The position numbers were made by a program, and so were the translations under genes. DNA of 64,000 nt from positions 5,376-69,375 of the forward strand of contig CAZVOP010000008.1 of NCBI GenBank assembly GCA_964628445.1, written 5' to 3'. The stretch is from an uncultured Pseudobdellovibrionaceae bacterium (GTDB lineage Bacteria > Bdellovibrionota > Bdellovibrionia > Bdellovibrionales > UBA1609). Position 1 is the first letter of the stretch. Every line of letters starts with the position of its first letter. Below are positions 9,970-18,583 of the stretch, in pieces. Below the pieces are notes generated by a model, which saw nothing but the letters and a program-made list of their open reading frames with translations, was not told the origin of the DNA and ran no database searches.

Positions 9970-10073
9970 TTAGGGAAGCCTCCGGGTTCATAGTGTCGGC
10001 GAGGTGCAAAGATCAGTCAAATCGCCCTGAGCCACCCCTTGACTGGGTGGGCGGCTCTAGCCACAATGCGTCC

Positions 10074-10856
10074 ATGGAATTAAGCCTCGAAGGTCGATGG
10101 GCGCTAGTGGGTGGAGCCTCTCAAGGAATCGGTCAGGCCGCGGCGCGCGCGCTGGCGGAGCAAGGTGCGCGCGTGATTTTGATGTCGCGCCGTTCGGAAG
10201 TGCTCGAGCAAGTGCGCGCGGGGCTGCCCAATCCGCAACGTCATCGCACCTTAGCCGTTGATTTGGAACGTCTCGAAGATATTTCTCAAGCGCTCGGCCG
10301 TTTGGTGGCCGACGTGGGCCAAGTGAACATTTGGGTCAACAACACGGGGGGGCCTAAGGCGGGTCCATTGAGCGAAGCCAGTCCTGATGAAATGGAGCGC
10401 GCGTTTCGCGGCCATGTTCTCTCGTCACAAGTGATTTTGCGCACGCTACTTCCGGGTATGAAGGCCTCGAAATACGGCCGCATTATCAATGTGCTCTCAA
10501 CCTCCGTGAAAATTCCGATCGCGGGTCTTGGCGTTTCGAACACGATTCGCGCGGCGATGGCCAATTGGTCGAAGACTCTTTCGCAGGAACTGGGCCCCTT
10601 TGGGATCACCGTAAATAATATTTTGCCCGGTTATACCGAAACTCCACGGCTTGATTCTTTGGCGGTGGGTGCTGCGGCGAAGTCTGCGAAGAGTGAAGCC
10701 GCGGTCAAAGCCGAGTGGGCCGAACAAATTCCTTTACGCCGTTTGGGCGATCCGCGCGAGACCGCGGACGCAATCGTATTCTTGGCCTCGCCTGCAGCCG
10801 GTTATATTTCCGGCGTGCACTTACCTGTAGACGGCGGCCGCACGGGGGCGTTGTGA
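10074..10856 (+). CDS. SDR-family oxidoreductase
   Basis: VGGASQGIG Rossmann motif, NNTG, and a S...Y...K-type region. The start is taken at MELSLEGRWALV. The ORF track extends it to 9993. Confidence 0.85.
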   Translation: MELSLEGRWALVGGASQGIGQAAARALAEQGARVILMSRRSEVLEQVRAGLPNPQRHRTLAVDLERLEDISQALGRLVADVGQVNIWVNNTGGPKAGPLSEASPDEMERAFRGHVLSSQVILRTLLPGMKASKYGRIINVLSTSVKIPIAGLGVSNTIRAAMANWSKTLSQELGPFGITVNNILPGYTETPRLDSLAVGAAAKSAKSEAAVKAEWAEQIPLRRLGDPRETADAIVFLASPAAGYISGVHLPVDGGRTGAL

Positions 10857-12034
10857 AATTCGACATGTTCTTCTCGATCTGCCAGACCGAAGTGGATGGT
10901 TACAAGCCGTCTGAGAAAGTTATGTTCGAGAACTTCTTCGATCAAGTTCAATTGGCCGACAGCCTTGGTTACGGTGTCGCTTGGGTGGCGGAGACTCATC
11001 TCTCTTGCGAGATTCAAAAGAGCACGCCCGATCCGGTGATCCCGCATTTCGTCGGCGAAATCGGCCTCAACACCGACATCTTGCAATTGGCTCATGTGAT
11101 CTTCAGCAAAACTAAAAATATCGAAGTCGGCTCGGCCGTGCGAAATATTTTGTGTAACGGCGGTCCCATCGCGCACGCCGAAGCGATCCGCATGTTTTTA
11201 AGCTTGCGCGAATTGACCGAGGACAAACGCAAATTGAACATCGGCTTCGCCTCGGGCCGTTTTGAATTCTCGAATCGCCCTTACGGCATCAAACCGCGCA
11301 ACGCCTTGGAAAAGCTGGCGTGGGGTCCGATCAAGGGCAAAATCTTGGCGGAGGCGACCGAGATCTTTTTGCGCCTACTCAAGGGTGAGAAGATTTCACG
11401 CAGCGGTATTGCGCCGCAGTTTTTGCGCAAAGACGATTTTCGCACCGAAGACGAATGGCGGCGTGTGCTTCAGGTTGTGGGTGGGCATCCGACCGAGATC
11501 GCGCTGCATCCGTTTTGGGATTTCGACAAACTCGGCGTGATCCCCTTTGATGCGCCTCTAGATAAGCTGACCTTGACGATCGGAACGCATGATCCGGCAG
11601 TACAAGCCTTGGCCAATTCGATTCTTCCGGTCGGCGTATTCAATCTCTCCATCACGCCTCCTGAAGTGATCGAGCAGACTCATGCGCGCATGCGCGAAGT
11701 GTACAACCCCGCCGGCGGTGCCTGGCGCAGGGATTTGATGCCAAGAACCGCGATGGTCTTTGTCGATCAGACCACGGAAAAAGCGAAGCGCCGCAGTGAG
11801 CATGCCTGGGTCAATTATTGGAAAGCGATGGAAGGGACACTTGATCAGAAGAAAGTCGATCAAGCGGTCAGCAACACGTTGGCCGGTGATCCCGACACGT
11901 TGGCCGCGCAGATTCGTGCGAAGTACCATAAGGACGATCGGTTGATGTTGTGGTTTGATTTCAATAATCACAATAACGAAGAAGTAAAACGAAGTATGAC
12001 GGACTTTATGGAAAAGGTCGCGCCGCAACTCTAA
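10853..12034 (+). CDS. luciferase-like (LLM class) flavin-dependent oxidoreductase
   Basis: The N-terminus (FDMFFSICQTEVDG...LADSLGYGVAWVAETH) is typical of LLM proteins. The GTG start overlaps the SDR stop (GTGA); ATG 10865 is an alternative. Confidence 0.75.
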   Translation: MKFDMFFSICQTEVDGYKPSEKVMFENFFDQVQLADSLGYGVAWVAETHLSCEIQKSTPDPVIPHFVGEIGLNTDILQLAHVIFSKTKNIEVGSAVRNILCNGGPIAHAEAIRMFLSLRELTEDKRKLNIGFASGRFEFSNRPYGIKPRNALEKLAWGPIKGKILAEATEIFLRLLKGEKISRSGIAPQFLRKDDFRTEDEWRRVLQVVGGHPTEIALHPFWDFDKLGVIPFDAPLDKLTLTIGTHDPAVQALANSILPVGVFNLSITPPEVIEQTHARMREVYNPAGGAWRRDLMPRTAMVFVDQTTEKAKRRSEHAWVNYWKAMEGTLDQKKVDQAVSNTLAGDPDTLAAQIRAKYHKDDRLMLWFDFNNHNNEEVKRSMTDFMEKVAPQL

Positions 12035-12053
12035 GCGTGGGAAGTGGACCTAA

Positions 12054-13496
12054 ATGGAACGTTTGAAAAATTTTGTGAACGGGGAGTTCACTCTGCCTGC
12101 GGAAGGCAAATATCTCGACAAGATCAATCCCGCGACGGCTGAAAAAATCTACGAGCTTCCGGATTCCACCGAAGTCGATGTGGTTATGGCGATCAAGGCC
12201 GCACAAGCCGCCTTCGACGGCTGGTCAAGAACGCCTACGGTTGAGCGAAGCCGAATCCTTAACCGCATCGCCGATCTCATCGACAAGAATGCGGCGGCCT
12301 TAGCTGAAGCCGAAACGATCGACGTCGGCAAGCCCTTGGAGCTTTCCAAAACCTTGGACATCCCGCGCGCCGCCTTGAATTTTAGATTTTTCGCCAGCGC
12401 CATCATGCACAAGACCGAAATGGCCAGCGACATGGACGGGGATGCACTCAATTATGTTTTACGGCAACCCGTTGGCGTGGCGGGCCTTATCTCGCCGTGG
12501 AATCTGCCGCTTTATCTCTTAAGTTGGAAGATCGCCCCGGCCCTCGCTTGCGGGAACACGGTCGTTTGTAAACCGTCCGAGTGGACTTCAAAAACCGCCT
12601 TCCTACTCGGCGATATTCTGAACGAGGCGGGACTTCCAAAAGGAGTCTGCAACATAATTCTTGGCAAGGGCGATCCGGCCGGAAGCTACCTCGTCAAGCA
12701 TCCCGGCGTATCTTTGATCTCGTTCACGGGCGGCACCGCGACGGGTGAGAAAATTCAAACCATGGCCGCACCCTTCGTTAAAAAATTATCGCTCGAGCTT
12801 GGCGGAAAAAACGCGACCATCGTGATGAACGACGTGGATCTAGCCAAAGTGATTCCGCAAATCGCGCGCGCAAGCTTTCTCAATCAGGGCGAGATCTGTT
12901 TATGCGGCTCCAAAATCCTGGTGCAAGAGGGAATCTTTAAAGAATTCTGCGAACAGTTCGCCAAGCACGTCGACTCACTGGTCGTCGGCGACCCAATGGA
13001 CTCAAAGACCTTTATGGGTCCGATCGTCTCCAAACCGCAATACGACAAAGTGATGAGCTTGCTCGAAGTCGCGAAGAAAGACGGCGGCAAGGTCATCGCG
13101 GGCGGAGCTCGGCCTGAGTTGCCTGAACAAATAAAGAACGGTTATTTTTTAAGGCCCACGGTGATTCAAGATCTCACCAACTGCAGCGAAATCCACCAGA
13201 CCGAAATCTTCGGACCCGTGGTGACTCTCAATCCGTTTAAATATCCGCAAGACGCCGTCAAGTGGGCCAACAACTCGTCGTATGGGCTTTCGGCAAGCGT
13301 ATGGACAAAAGATTTGAAGCAAGCTCACAAGATCGCAGCCGGCCTAAAGGTCGGCACTGTCTGGGTCAACACCTGGCTGAAGCGCGATCTTCGGATGCCG
13401 TTCGGAGGCGCCAAGGCCTCAGGCATCGGCCGTGAGGGCGGGGAGCATTCCCTCGATTTCTTTACCGAGACCAAAACGGTCTGCGTGCAACTTTGA
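12054..13496 (+). CDS. NAD-dependent aldehyde dehydrogenase, 2-hydroxy/2-aminomuconic semialdehyde dehydrogenase-like
   Basis: ALDH blocks include LELGGKN and EEIFGPV-like EIFGPVV, plus a catalytic Cys region (NQGEICLCGSK). The DIPRAALNFRFFA block is characteristic of XylG/DmpC/AmnC-type enzymes. Confidence 0.9.
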   Translation: MERLKNFVNGEFTLPAEGKYLDKINPATAEKIYELPDSTEVDVVMAIKAAQAAFDGWSRTPTVERSRILNRIADLIDKNAAALAEAETIDVGKPLELSKTLDIPRAALNFRFFASAIMHKTEMASDMDGDALNYVLRQPVGVAGLISPWNLPLYLLSWKIAPALACGNTVVCKPSEWTSKTAFLLGDILNEAGLPKGVCNIILGKGDPAGSYLVKHPGVSLISFTGGTATGEKIQTMAAPFVKKLSLELGGKNATIVMNDVDLAKVIPQIARASFLNQGEICLCGSKILVQEGIFKEFCEQFAKHVDSLVVGDPMDSKTFMGPIVSKPQYDKVMSLLEVAKKDGGKVIAGGARPELPEQIKNGYFLRPTVIQDLTNCSEIHQTEIFGPVVTLNPFKYPQDAVKWANNSSYGLSASVWTKDLKQAHKIAAGLKVGTVWVNTWLKRDLRMPFGGAKASGIGREGGEHSLDFFTETKTVCVQL

Positions 13497-13497
13497 G

Positions 13498-13548
13498 GGC
13501 GCGCCGCACTTCTGGAGGCGCGCCGTACCTCCAGAGGTACGGCGCGCC
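13498..13548. promoter_or_regulatory. intercistronic GC-rich structured element with three GGCGCGCC octamers
   Basis: GGCGCGCC occurs at 13498, 13517 and 13541. Positions 13517-13548 form a perfect hairpin, GGCGCGCCGTACCTC-CA-GAGGTACGGCGCGCC. The element lies in the 64-nt gap between the ALDH and dioxygenase genes. Confidence 0.6.
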
Positions 13549-13560
13549 TGGGAGAGATTT

Positions 13561-14448
13561 ATGAAGTTAGGACAAATTGTAGCTGGAGTACTGGCGCCGC
13601 ATCCGCCGCATCTGGTGTATGCGGAGAATCCGCCGCAGAACGAGCCGCGCGCCGAGTGTGGCTGGGAAGTTCTGCGTTGGGCTTATGAGCGCTTGCGCAA
13701 ATCTTTAAGTGAGATCGAGTACGATGTGTTGATGGTGCATTCCCCGCATTGGCGCACCAATTCGGGCACGCATTTTCTTGGCGTTCCGAATTTTAAATCT
13801 TTGTCGGTCGATCCGGTGTTTCCGAATCTGTTTCGTTATTCTTATGACCTCAAGGTGGATGTGGCACTTGCGGAATCCGTTTGCCAGGAGGCATCACGCC
13901 TTGGCCTTGAGACCAAGATGATGCGTAACCCGGACTTCCGTATCGATTACGGGACGATCACGTCTTGCCATCTCACCAACCCAAAGTGGGATAAGCCGAT
14001 CGTGGGCATCTCGAGTGTCGGCGCCGCACGCTATTACAATATGAACGTGCTGCAGGCCATGATGTTCAAGCTGGGGCAGGCGACCAAGACCGCAATCGAA
14101 AAAAGCGGGAAAAAAGTCGTGTTGCTCTCATCAAATTCGCTCAGCCATCGCCATTTCACGTCGGAGCCGGCGGTGCCCGAAGACATGAGCTTCGAGCACA
14201 TCAACAATCACAATCAGTATCTGTGGGACATGAAGATGATCGAGCTGATGAAGCAGGGCAAATCGCGCGAGATCATCGACGTGATGAGCGACTTCACCGA
14301 ACAAGCGACCGCCGAAACCGACAGCGGGGGCTTAAGCTGGATGCTCTCGGCGATGGATTTTCCCAGCTATCCGGCCGAGGTGCATGGCTACGGCACGGTG
14401 ATTGGAACAGGCAACGCGGTCGTTGAGTGGCGGGAGGGGCGAGTATGA
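13561..14448 (+). CDS. class III extradiol dioxygenase, LigB-family catalytic (beta-like) subunit
   Basis: LAPHPPHLV, HSPHW, DYGT and SNSLSHRH blocks are typical of LigB/AmnB. The start at MKLGQIVAGV follows a GGAGAG RBS. The ORF track extends it to 13432. Confidence 0.85.
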   Translation: MKLGQIVAGVLAPHPPHLVYAENPPQNEPRAECGWEVLRWAYERLRKSLSEIEYDVLMVHSPHWRTNSGTHFLGVPNFKSLSVDPVFPNLFRYSYDLKVDVALAESVCQEASRLGLETKMMRNPDFRIDYGTITSCHLTNPKWDKPIVGISSVGAARYYNMNVLQAMMFKLGQATKTAIEKSGKKVVLLSSNSLSHRHFTSEPAVPEDMSFEHINNHNQYLWDMKMIELMKQGKSREIIDVMSDFTEQATAETDSGGLSWMLSAMDFPSYPAEVHGYGTVIGTGNAVVEWREGRV

Positions 14449-15401
14449 ATCCCGTTGTAAAAGGCTTCGTTTTGCCAGGCCTTCCGCATTTGTTGCTCAC
14501 ACCTGACGCCAACCCGGGCTGGAAAAAAATCCGTCAGGCCATGGACCAAGTCAAAAAACAAATCGAAGAGACCGACGCCGATGTGTTGCTGATCTATTCG
14601 ACCTATTGGCCAAGTGTGATCGGCCACCAAATTCAAGCGCGGCCGAATCCCGAGTGGACCCACGTCGATGATGAGTTTCATGATCTCGGCAGCATCCCTT
14701 ATAAAATGAAAGTCGATAAGGAATTGGCGCTTGAGTATGTGGCTTGTGCGAAAGCGCGCAATCTGCAAGCGCGCGCGATCGACTACCATGGCTTTCCGAT
14801 TGATACCGGGTCGGTGGTGGTCTCGAAGATCGTCAATCCCGATAACCGCATTCCCTGCGTGATCGTCTCGAGTAATGTCTACGCGGATCGTGCCGAGACT
14901 TTGATCTTAGGAAAGGCCGCTCGTGATGCGCTTTTGAAGCAAAATAAAAAAGCCGTGGCGATTATCGTGTCGTCACTTTCAAACCGCATTCATGAAAAGC
15001 ATGTTGAGGCCAAGGATGATCATATTCATTCGCTGAAAGACCAGGAGTGGAATTCGAAATTCTTGGAATTTTTAAAAGAAGGCCGCCTGGAAGACGTCTC
15101 GCAGCTGTCGCGACAATTCCATAAAGAAGCGCGCGTGAACAAAGTGGCCAACTTCAAACCATTTTGGTGGTTGGCTTCTGTCATGGGACAATCGAATTTG
15201 TATGCGGGCGAGGTGCTTGAGTATCAACCGGTTTATGGAAGCGGAGCGGCCGTGGTTGGTCTTACGCCATCATTAAAAGCCGCGCGCGATTTGGAATTTG
15301 ACGAGGCGGATCCGGATCGATTTCCGGGAGAGCGCAATGTCTTAGGCGGGGCCGAGCCCGAGCAAGACACCGACGCCGATTTGGAGATCGAAAAACCTTG
15401 A
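14445..15401 (+). CDS. LigB-family protein, probable non-catalytic (alpha-like) dioxygenase subunit
   Basis: LigB-like layout (FVLPGLPHLLL..., IDYHGFPIDTG), but the N-terminal HPPH is replaced by GLPH. Its start overlaps the upstream stop (ATGA). Confidence 0.75.
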   Translation: MNPVVKGFVLPGLPHLLLTPDANPGWKKIRQAMDQVKKQIEETDADVLLIYSTYWPSVIGHQIQARPNPEWTHVDDEFHDLGSIPYKMKVDKELALEYVACAKARNLQARAIDYHGFPIDTGSVVVSKIVNPDNRIPCVIVSSNVYADRAETLILGKAARDALLKQNKKAVAIIVSSLSNRIHEKHVEAKDDHIHSLKDQEWNSKFLEFLKEGRLEDVSQLSRQFHKEARVNKVANFKPFWWLASVMGQSNLYAGEVLEYQPVYGSGAAVVGLTPSLKAARDLEFDEADPDRFPGERNVLGGAEPEQDTDADLEIEKP

Positions 15402-16507
15402 GCAAAGACTTAATCGACGTCAAAGACGTGTATCCGAACGACCCCTTTGGTGAATCAAGCGAAGGCATACCCACCGGCCGCGATGTCGAGTGGGAGCCGC
15501 TCGTGGACTATCGAAGGAACGGTGTCAGTGAGAACACCGTTCACGGCGCGATCAGTTGGTACTCAGGCAACAAAATGATCCACAGCTTCGGGGGCAATGT
15601 TCTTTGTTACGGCCGGTCGATGATGAAGCCGTTTTACATCAAGGTGTTTAGCCGTGAACTGCAAGAGACCACCGACTGGCGGCAAAAGGCGATCGCCGTG
15701 AGCAGCCACAACGGCAGCGCCGAGCATGTCGAAGTTGCGCAGTCGCTCCTTAGCGAAAGCGAATGGGGCCTTATGCAAACACCGCTCGATTTGCCCCTGG
15801 TTCAGTTTGGCAGGCAAGTGCGCAGGCCTAGGCGGTGGTTCAATAACTCCAGCGGGCACCATGCGGCGATTCTTAAAGGCGCAAGACTTAAAGGTTGGAA
15901 CCGTGCGGGTTACACTTTGCCTTCACATAAAGTTTTTCAGGAATATCTTCAGATCGTAAAAAAATATTTGGGCCCCGAGTTCAAGCCGAAAAGAATAGCT
16001 CGTGACGGCGACGGCTTGCCAACGGTCGCGATGACGGTGAAGGAGCTTGCCGAGTGTTATGCGGGCCTGGCCAAAACTCGCGATGAAGACTGGATTTGGG
16101 AGTCGATGATCAAGTACCCCGATTTGGTCGGTGGCTTTAACCGCTTGGACACCACGGTGATGAAGTCCTGTAACGGTCAAGTGATCGCTAAAGAGGGCGC
16201 CGATGGGCTATTGGGCTTAGGGATTGTGCATCCCGATTATCCCGACGGCCTTGGCGTTGTGATTAAGATCGCGCACGGCTGGAACCCGCAAGCGACATGG
16301 TATGTGGCGCGCGGGATTCTCGGCGTTCTGGGTTTCACTTTAAGAAATCCGTATCCCTTGCGCAGACAAAAGGCATTTTTGGTGCCGGGCATGGTGCCGG
16401 CGAAATATTTAGAAAAATTGCGGGCGATTCCGACCTGGGATGACTGGGATCCCGACATCGACCGCTGGTACTTCGATCCATTTCAAAATCAGGGAGTGTG
16501 GGGATGA
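15398..16507 (+). CDS. asparaginase II (PF06089-like) family protein
   Basis: Carries GRSMMKPF, SSHNGSAEH, NNSSGHHAAIL, DGDGLP and AKEGADGL blocks resembling the Rhizobium-type asparaginase II family. A TTG start overlaps the upstream stop. Confidence 0.65.
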   Translation: MSKDLIDVKDVYPNDPFGESSEGIPTGRDVEWEPLVDYRRNGVSENTVHGAISWYSGNKMIHSFGGNVLCYGRSMMKPFYIKVFSRELQETTDWRQKAIAVSSHNGSAEHVEVAQSLLSESEWGLMQTPLDLPLVQFGRQVRRPRRWFNNSSGHHAAILKGARLKGWNRAGYTLPSHKVFQEYLQIVKKYLGPEFKPKRIARDGDGLPTVAMTVKELAECYAGLAKTRDEDWIWESMIKYPDLVGGFNRLDTTVMKSCNGQVIAKEGADGLLGLGIVHPDYPDGLGVVIKIAHGWNPQATWYVARGILGVLGFTLRNPYPLRRQKAFLVPGMVPAKYLEKLRAIPTWDDWDPDIDRWYFDPFQNQGVWG

Positions 16508-16917
16508 GCAAACACGTCTCAAAACGTGCGCCCGAGCCGGTGGGGCCTTACCCGCACGCGCGCAAAGCAGGCGACTTTATTTTTGTCAGCGGCATGGGGC
16601 CAAGACGGCCCGGCACAAAAGAAATTCCCGGTGTTCACCAAGATGCTTTGGGCAATGTCACGTCCTATGACATCGAGGCGCAAACCCGGTCCACGATTGA
16701 AAACATCAAGATGGTGCTTGAGGATATGGGCGCAAGCCTTGACGACGTGGTCGACGTGCAGGTTTTTTTGACCGCGATGAAAAACGATTTCGCGCGCTTC
16801 AATAAGGTTTACGGCGAATACTTCGGAAAAATCGGCCCAACGCGCACGACGGTCGAGGTTTTAAGTTTGCCGACCCCGATCGCGGTCGAACTTAAAGTGA
16901 TCGCTTATAAGAAATGA
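16504..16917 (+). CDS. RidA/YjgF-family enamine/imine deaminase
   Basis: PEPVGPYPHARKAGDFIFVSG ... RTTVEV, the typical RidA fold signature. ATGA overlap with the upstream gene. Confidence 0.9.
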   Translation: MSKHVSKRAPEPVGPYPHARKAGDFIFVSGMGPRRPGTKEIPGVHQDALGNVTSYDIEAQTRSTIENIKMVLEDMGASLDDVVDVQVFLTAMKNDFARFNKVYGEYFGKIGPTRTTVEVLSLPTPIAVELKVIAYKK

Positions 16918-18413
16918 TCGCGTTTTTATTTACTCTTCTCTTTGTTTTCAACTCCGTTCATGCCGATGAGCCGCTTCCGTTGGTGATCCAGGGAATGCGC
17001 ACCGCAATCTCCTCACTTGATCCTTATTCGACGGTGAGCGTGGAAAACTTTGAAGCCACGTCGAATGTTATCGAACCGCTGTTCCGCCTTGACCCGTTAA
17101 GCGGGGCCCTGAATCCCTGGCTTGGCCTCGAGGTGAAGACCTATCCATGGGAAAAACGCTTCCGCGTGAAGTTGCGCAAAGGTGTTCACTTTCATAACGG
17201 CGAAGAATTCAGCGCCGAGGATGTTCGCTTCACCTTCGAATCATTCAGCAAGCCGGCTTATAAGGCGGCGATCTGGCAGGGGATGTGGCCGGACGTGAAA
17301 AGCGTAAAGATCGTTGATCCGCTTACCGTCGATTTCACCATGAAGAATTGGCGCTACCAAAGTTTCGAAAGTTTGCTTACGGCCATGCGCATTTTGCCCA
17401 AGGCGTTTTATGGGAATATCAGCAAGACTAAATTTCGGAAGCAAATTATCGGCACCGGCCCTTTTGAGATGGAGCGCTTCGAAGGCAATGTCAGCTTAAG
17501 GCTTAGGCCGAATTCCGCATGGTGGGGTAAGCAAAGACCTGAGTTTAATTTATTGATAAAAAAAGTTTCCGATCAAGAGCTGGCCAAGCAGATGTTCGCC
17601 AAAGAAGAGCTCGACTTTTTTAAGGCCGACAAGAAGATTGAAAATGCGGCTCATATGGAAGTGGTGAAGAGCACCCTGCTTGGAACGGGGTTTTGGATCG
17701 ATCTCAATTTAAAGAATCCGCTTTTTCAGAGTGTGAAGGTGCGCCGAGCCCTTCTTTTGCTGTGGCAACGCGACGATCTTAACCGCCGGGTGTATGACGG
17801 ATCGATGGAGCCGGCGCTCGATATTTTTTCGCCCAATACGGAATACTATCCGAAGGGCGTAAAAGAAAAATCGAGCGTCAAAGAGGCGCGCCGCTTGCTT
17901 GAACAAGACGGCTGGCATGATGACGACCAAGACCAGGTCCTCGAGAAAAAATTTAAGGCCTTTCGCTTCACCTTGCTCGTTCGCTCAAGCGAGCAAGAGC
18001 GCTGGGCGACGCTTTTTCAAGCCGATGCGGCGGCTCTCGGCATTCAAGTGAGCATCGAAAAGGTCATGGAAGATGCGCAGTGGCTGAAGCGGCTGAAAGA
18101 CGGCAAGTACGATGCCTTTGCGGGCGAAGGCGGGTTGACCAATGAGCCCAACAGTCTCGCTTGGCAATCGGAAGCCTTCTATAACTTCTCGAAATATAAG
18201 AACGAGCAGGTCGATCAACTGACCAGGGAGCTTGAACGTGAGTTTGCCCTCCCCAAAAGGCGTCTCATGATGAGAAAACTCATCGCCATTATCCGAAAAG
18301 ATCAGCCGCAGGTGCCCGGTCTGATCTCGCGCGACGACTTTTACCTCACGAGCAAACGTCTGCACATCGATCCTCACCACCCCGGCCGAGCCTGGTTGTG
18401 GCAACTTCGTTGA
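16914..18413 (+). CDS. ABC transporter substrate-binding protein, family 5 (peptide/nickel type), orphan
   Basis: Signal peptide MIAFLFTLLFVFNSVHA and an SBP_bac_5-like layout (LDPY...EPLFRLD, GTGPFEMERFE). ATGA overlap with ridA. No permease or ATPase genes follow. Confidence 0.8.
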   Translation: MIAFLFTLLFVFNSVHADEPLPLVIQGMRTAISSLDPYSTVSVENFEATSNVIEPLFRLDPLSGALNPWLGLEVKTYPWEKRFRVKLRKGVHFHNGEEFSAEDVRFTFESFSKPAYKAAIWQGMWPDVKSVKIVDPLTVDFTMKNWRYQSFESLLTAMRILPKAFYGNISKTKFRKQIIGTGPFEMERFEGNVSLRLRPNSAWWGKQRPEFNLLIKKVSDQELAKQMFAKEELDFFKADKKIENAAHMEVVKSTLLGTGFWIDLNLKNPLFQSVKVRRALLLLWQRDDLNRRVYDGSMEPALDIFSPNTEYYPKGVKEKSSVKEARRLLEQDGWHDDDQDQVLEKKFKAFRFTLLVRSSEQERWATLFQADAAALGIQVSIEKVMEDAQWLKRLKDGKYDAFAGEGGLTNEPNSLAWQSEAFYNFSKYKNEQVDQLTRELEREFALPKRRLMMRKLIAIIRKDQPQVPGLISRDDFYLTSKRLHIDPHHPGRAWLWQLR

Positions 18414-18583
18414 CACTTTTCTAAAAATTCGTTCGACAGTTTTTTGTGAAAATTTGAAGTCGAAATAAAATGCAAAATTGTTGGCCAGCTCAGTATTCCA
18501 ATTCGATGCATGTGTGACGCATTGCTTTCAAAAATCCCTGGACCTTGCGAGGATTGAGTCATCCCAAGGAGAGAGGGACACAC

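Noticed and set aside
13432-13560. 5' extensions given by the ORF track for several genes. The extended ORFs are 9993, 10715, 13432, 14427, 18545, 24120, 45612, 46622-47917, 47703-48467, 49120-50259, 42230-44308, 39677-41026, 7663-9015 and 37926-38447.
   Set aside because: The extensions run through upstream genes, repeats or structured intergenic DNA. Internal starts give signal peptides or family-typical N-termini, often with an RBS or a start/stop overlap.
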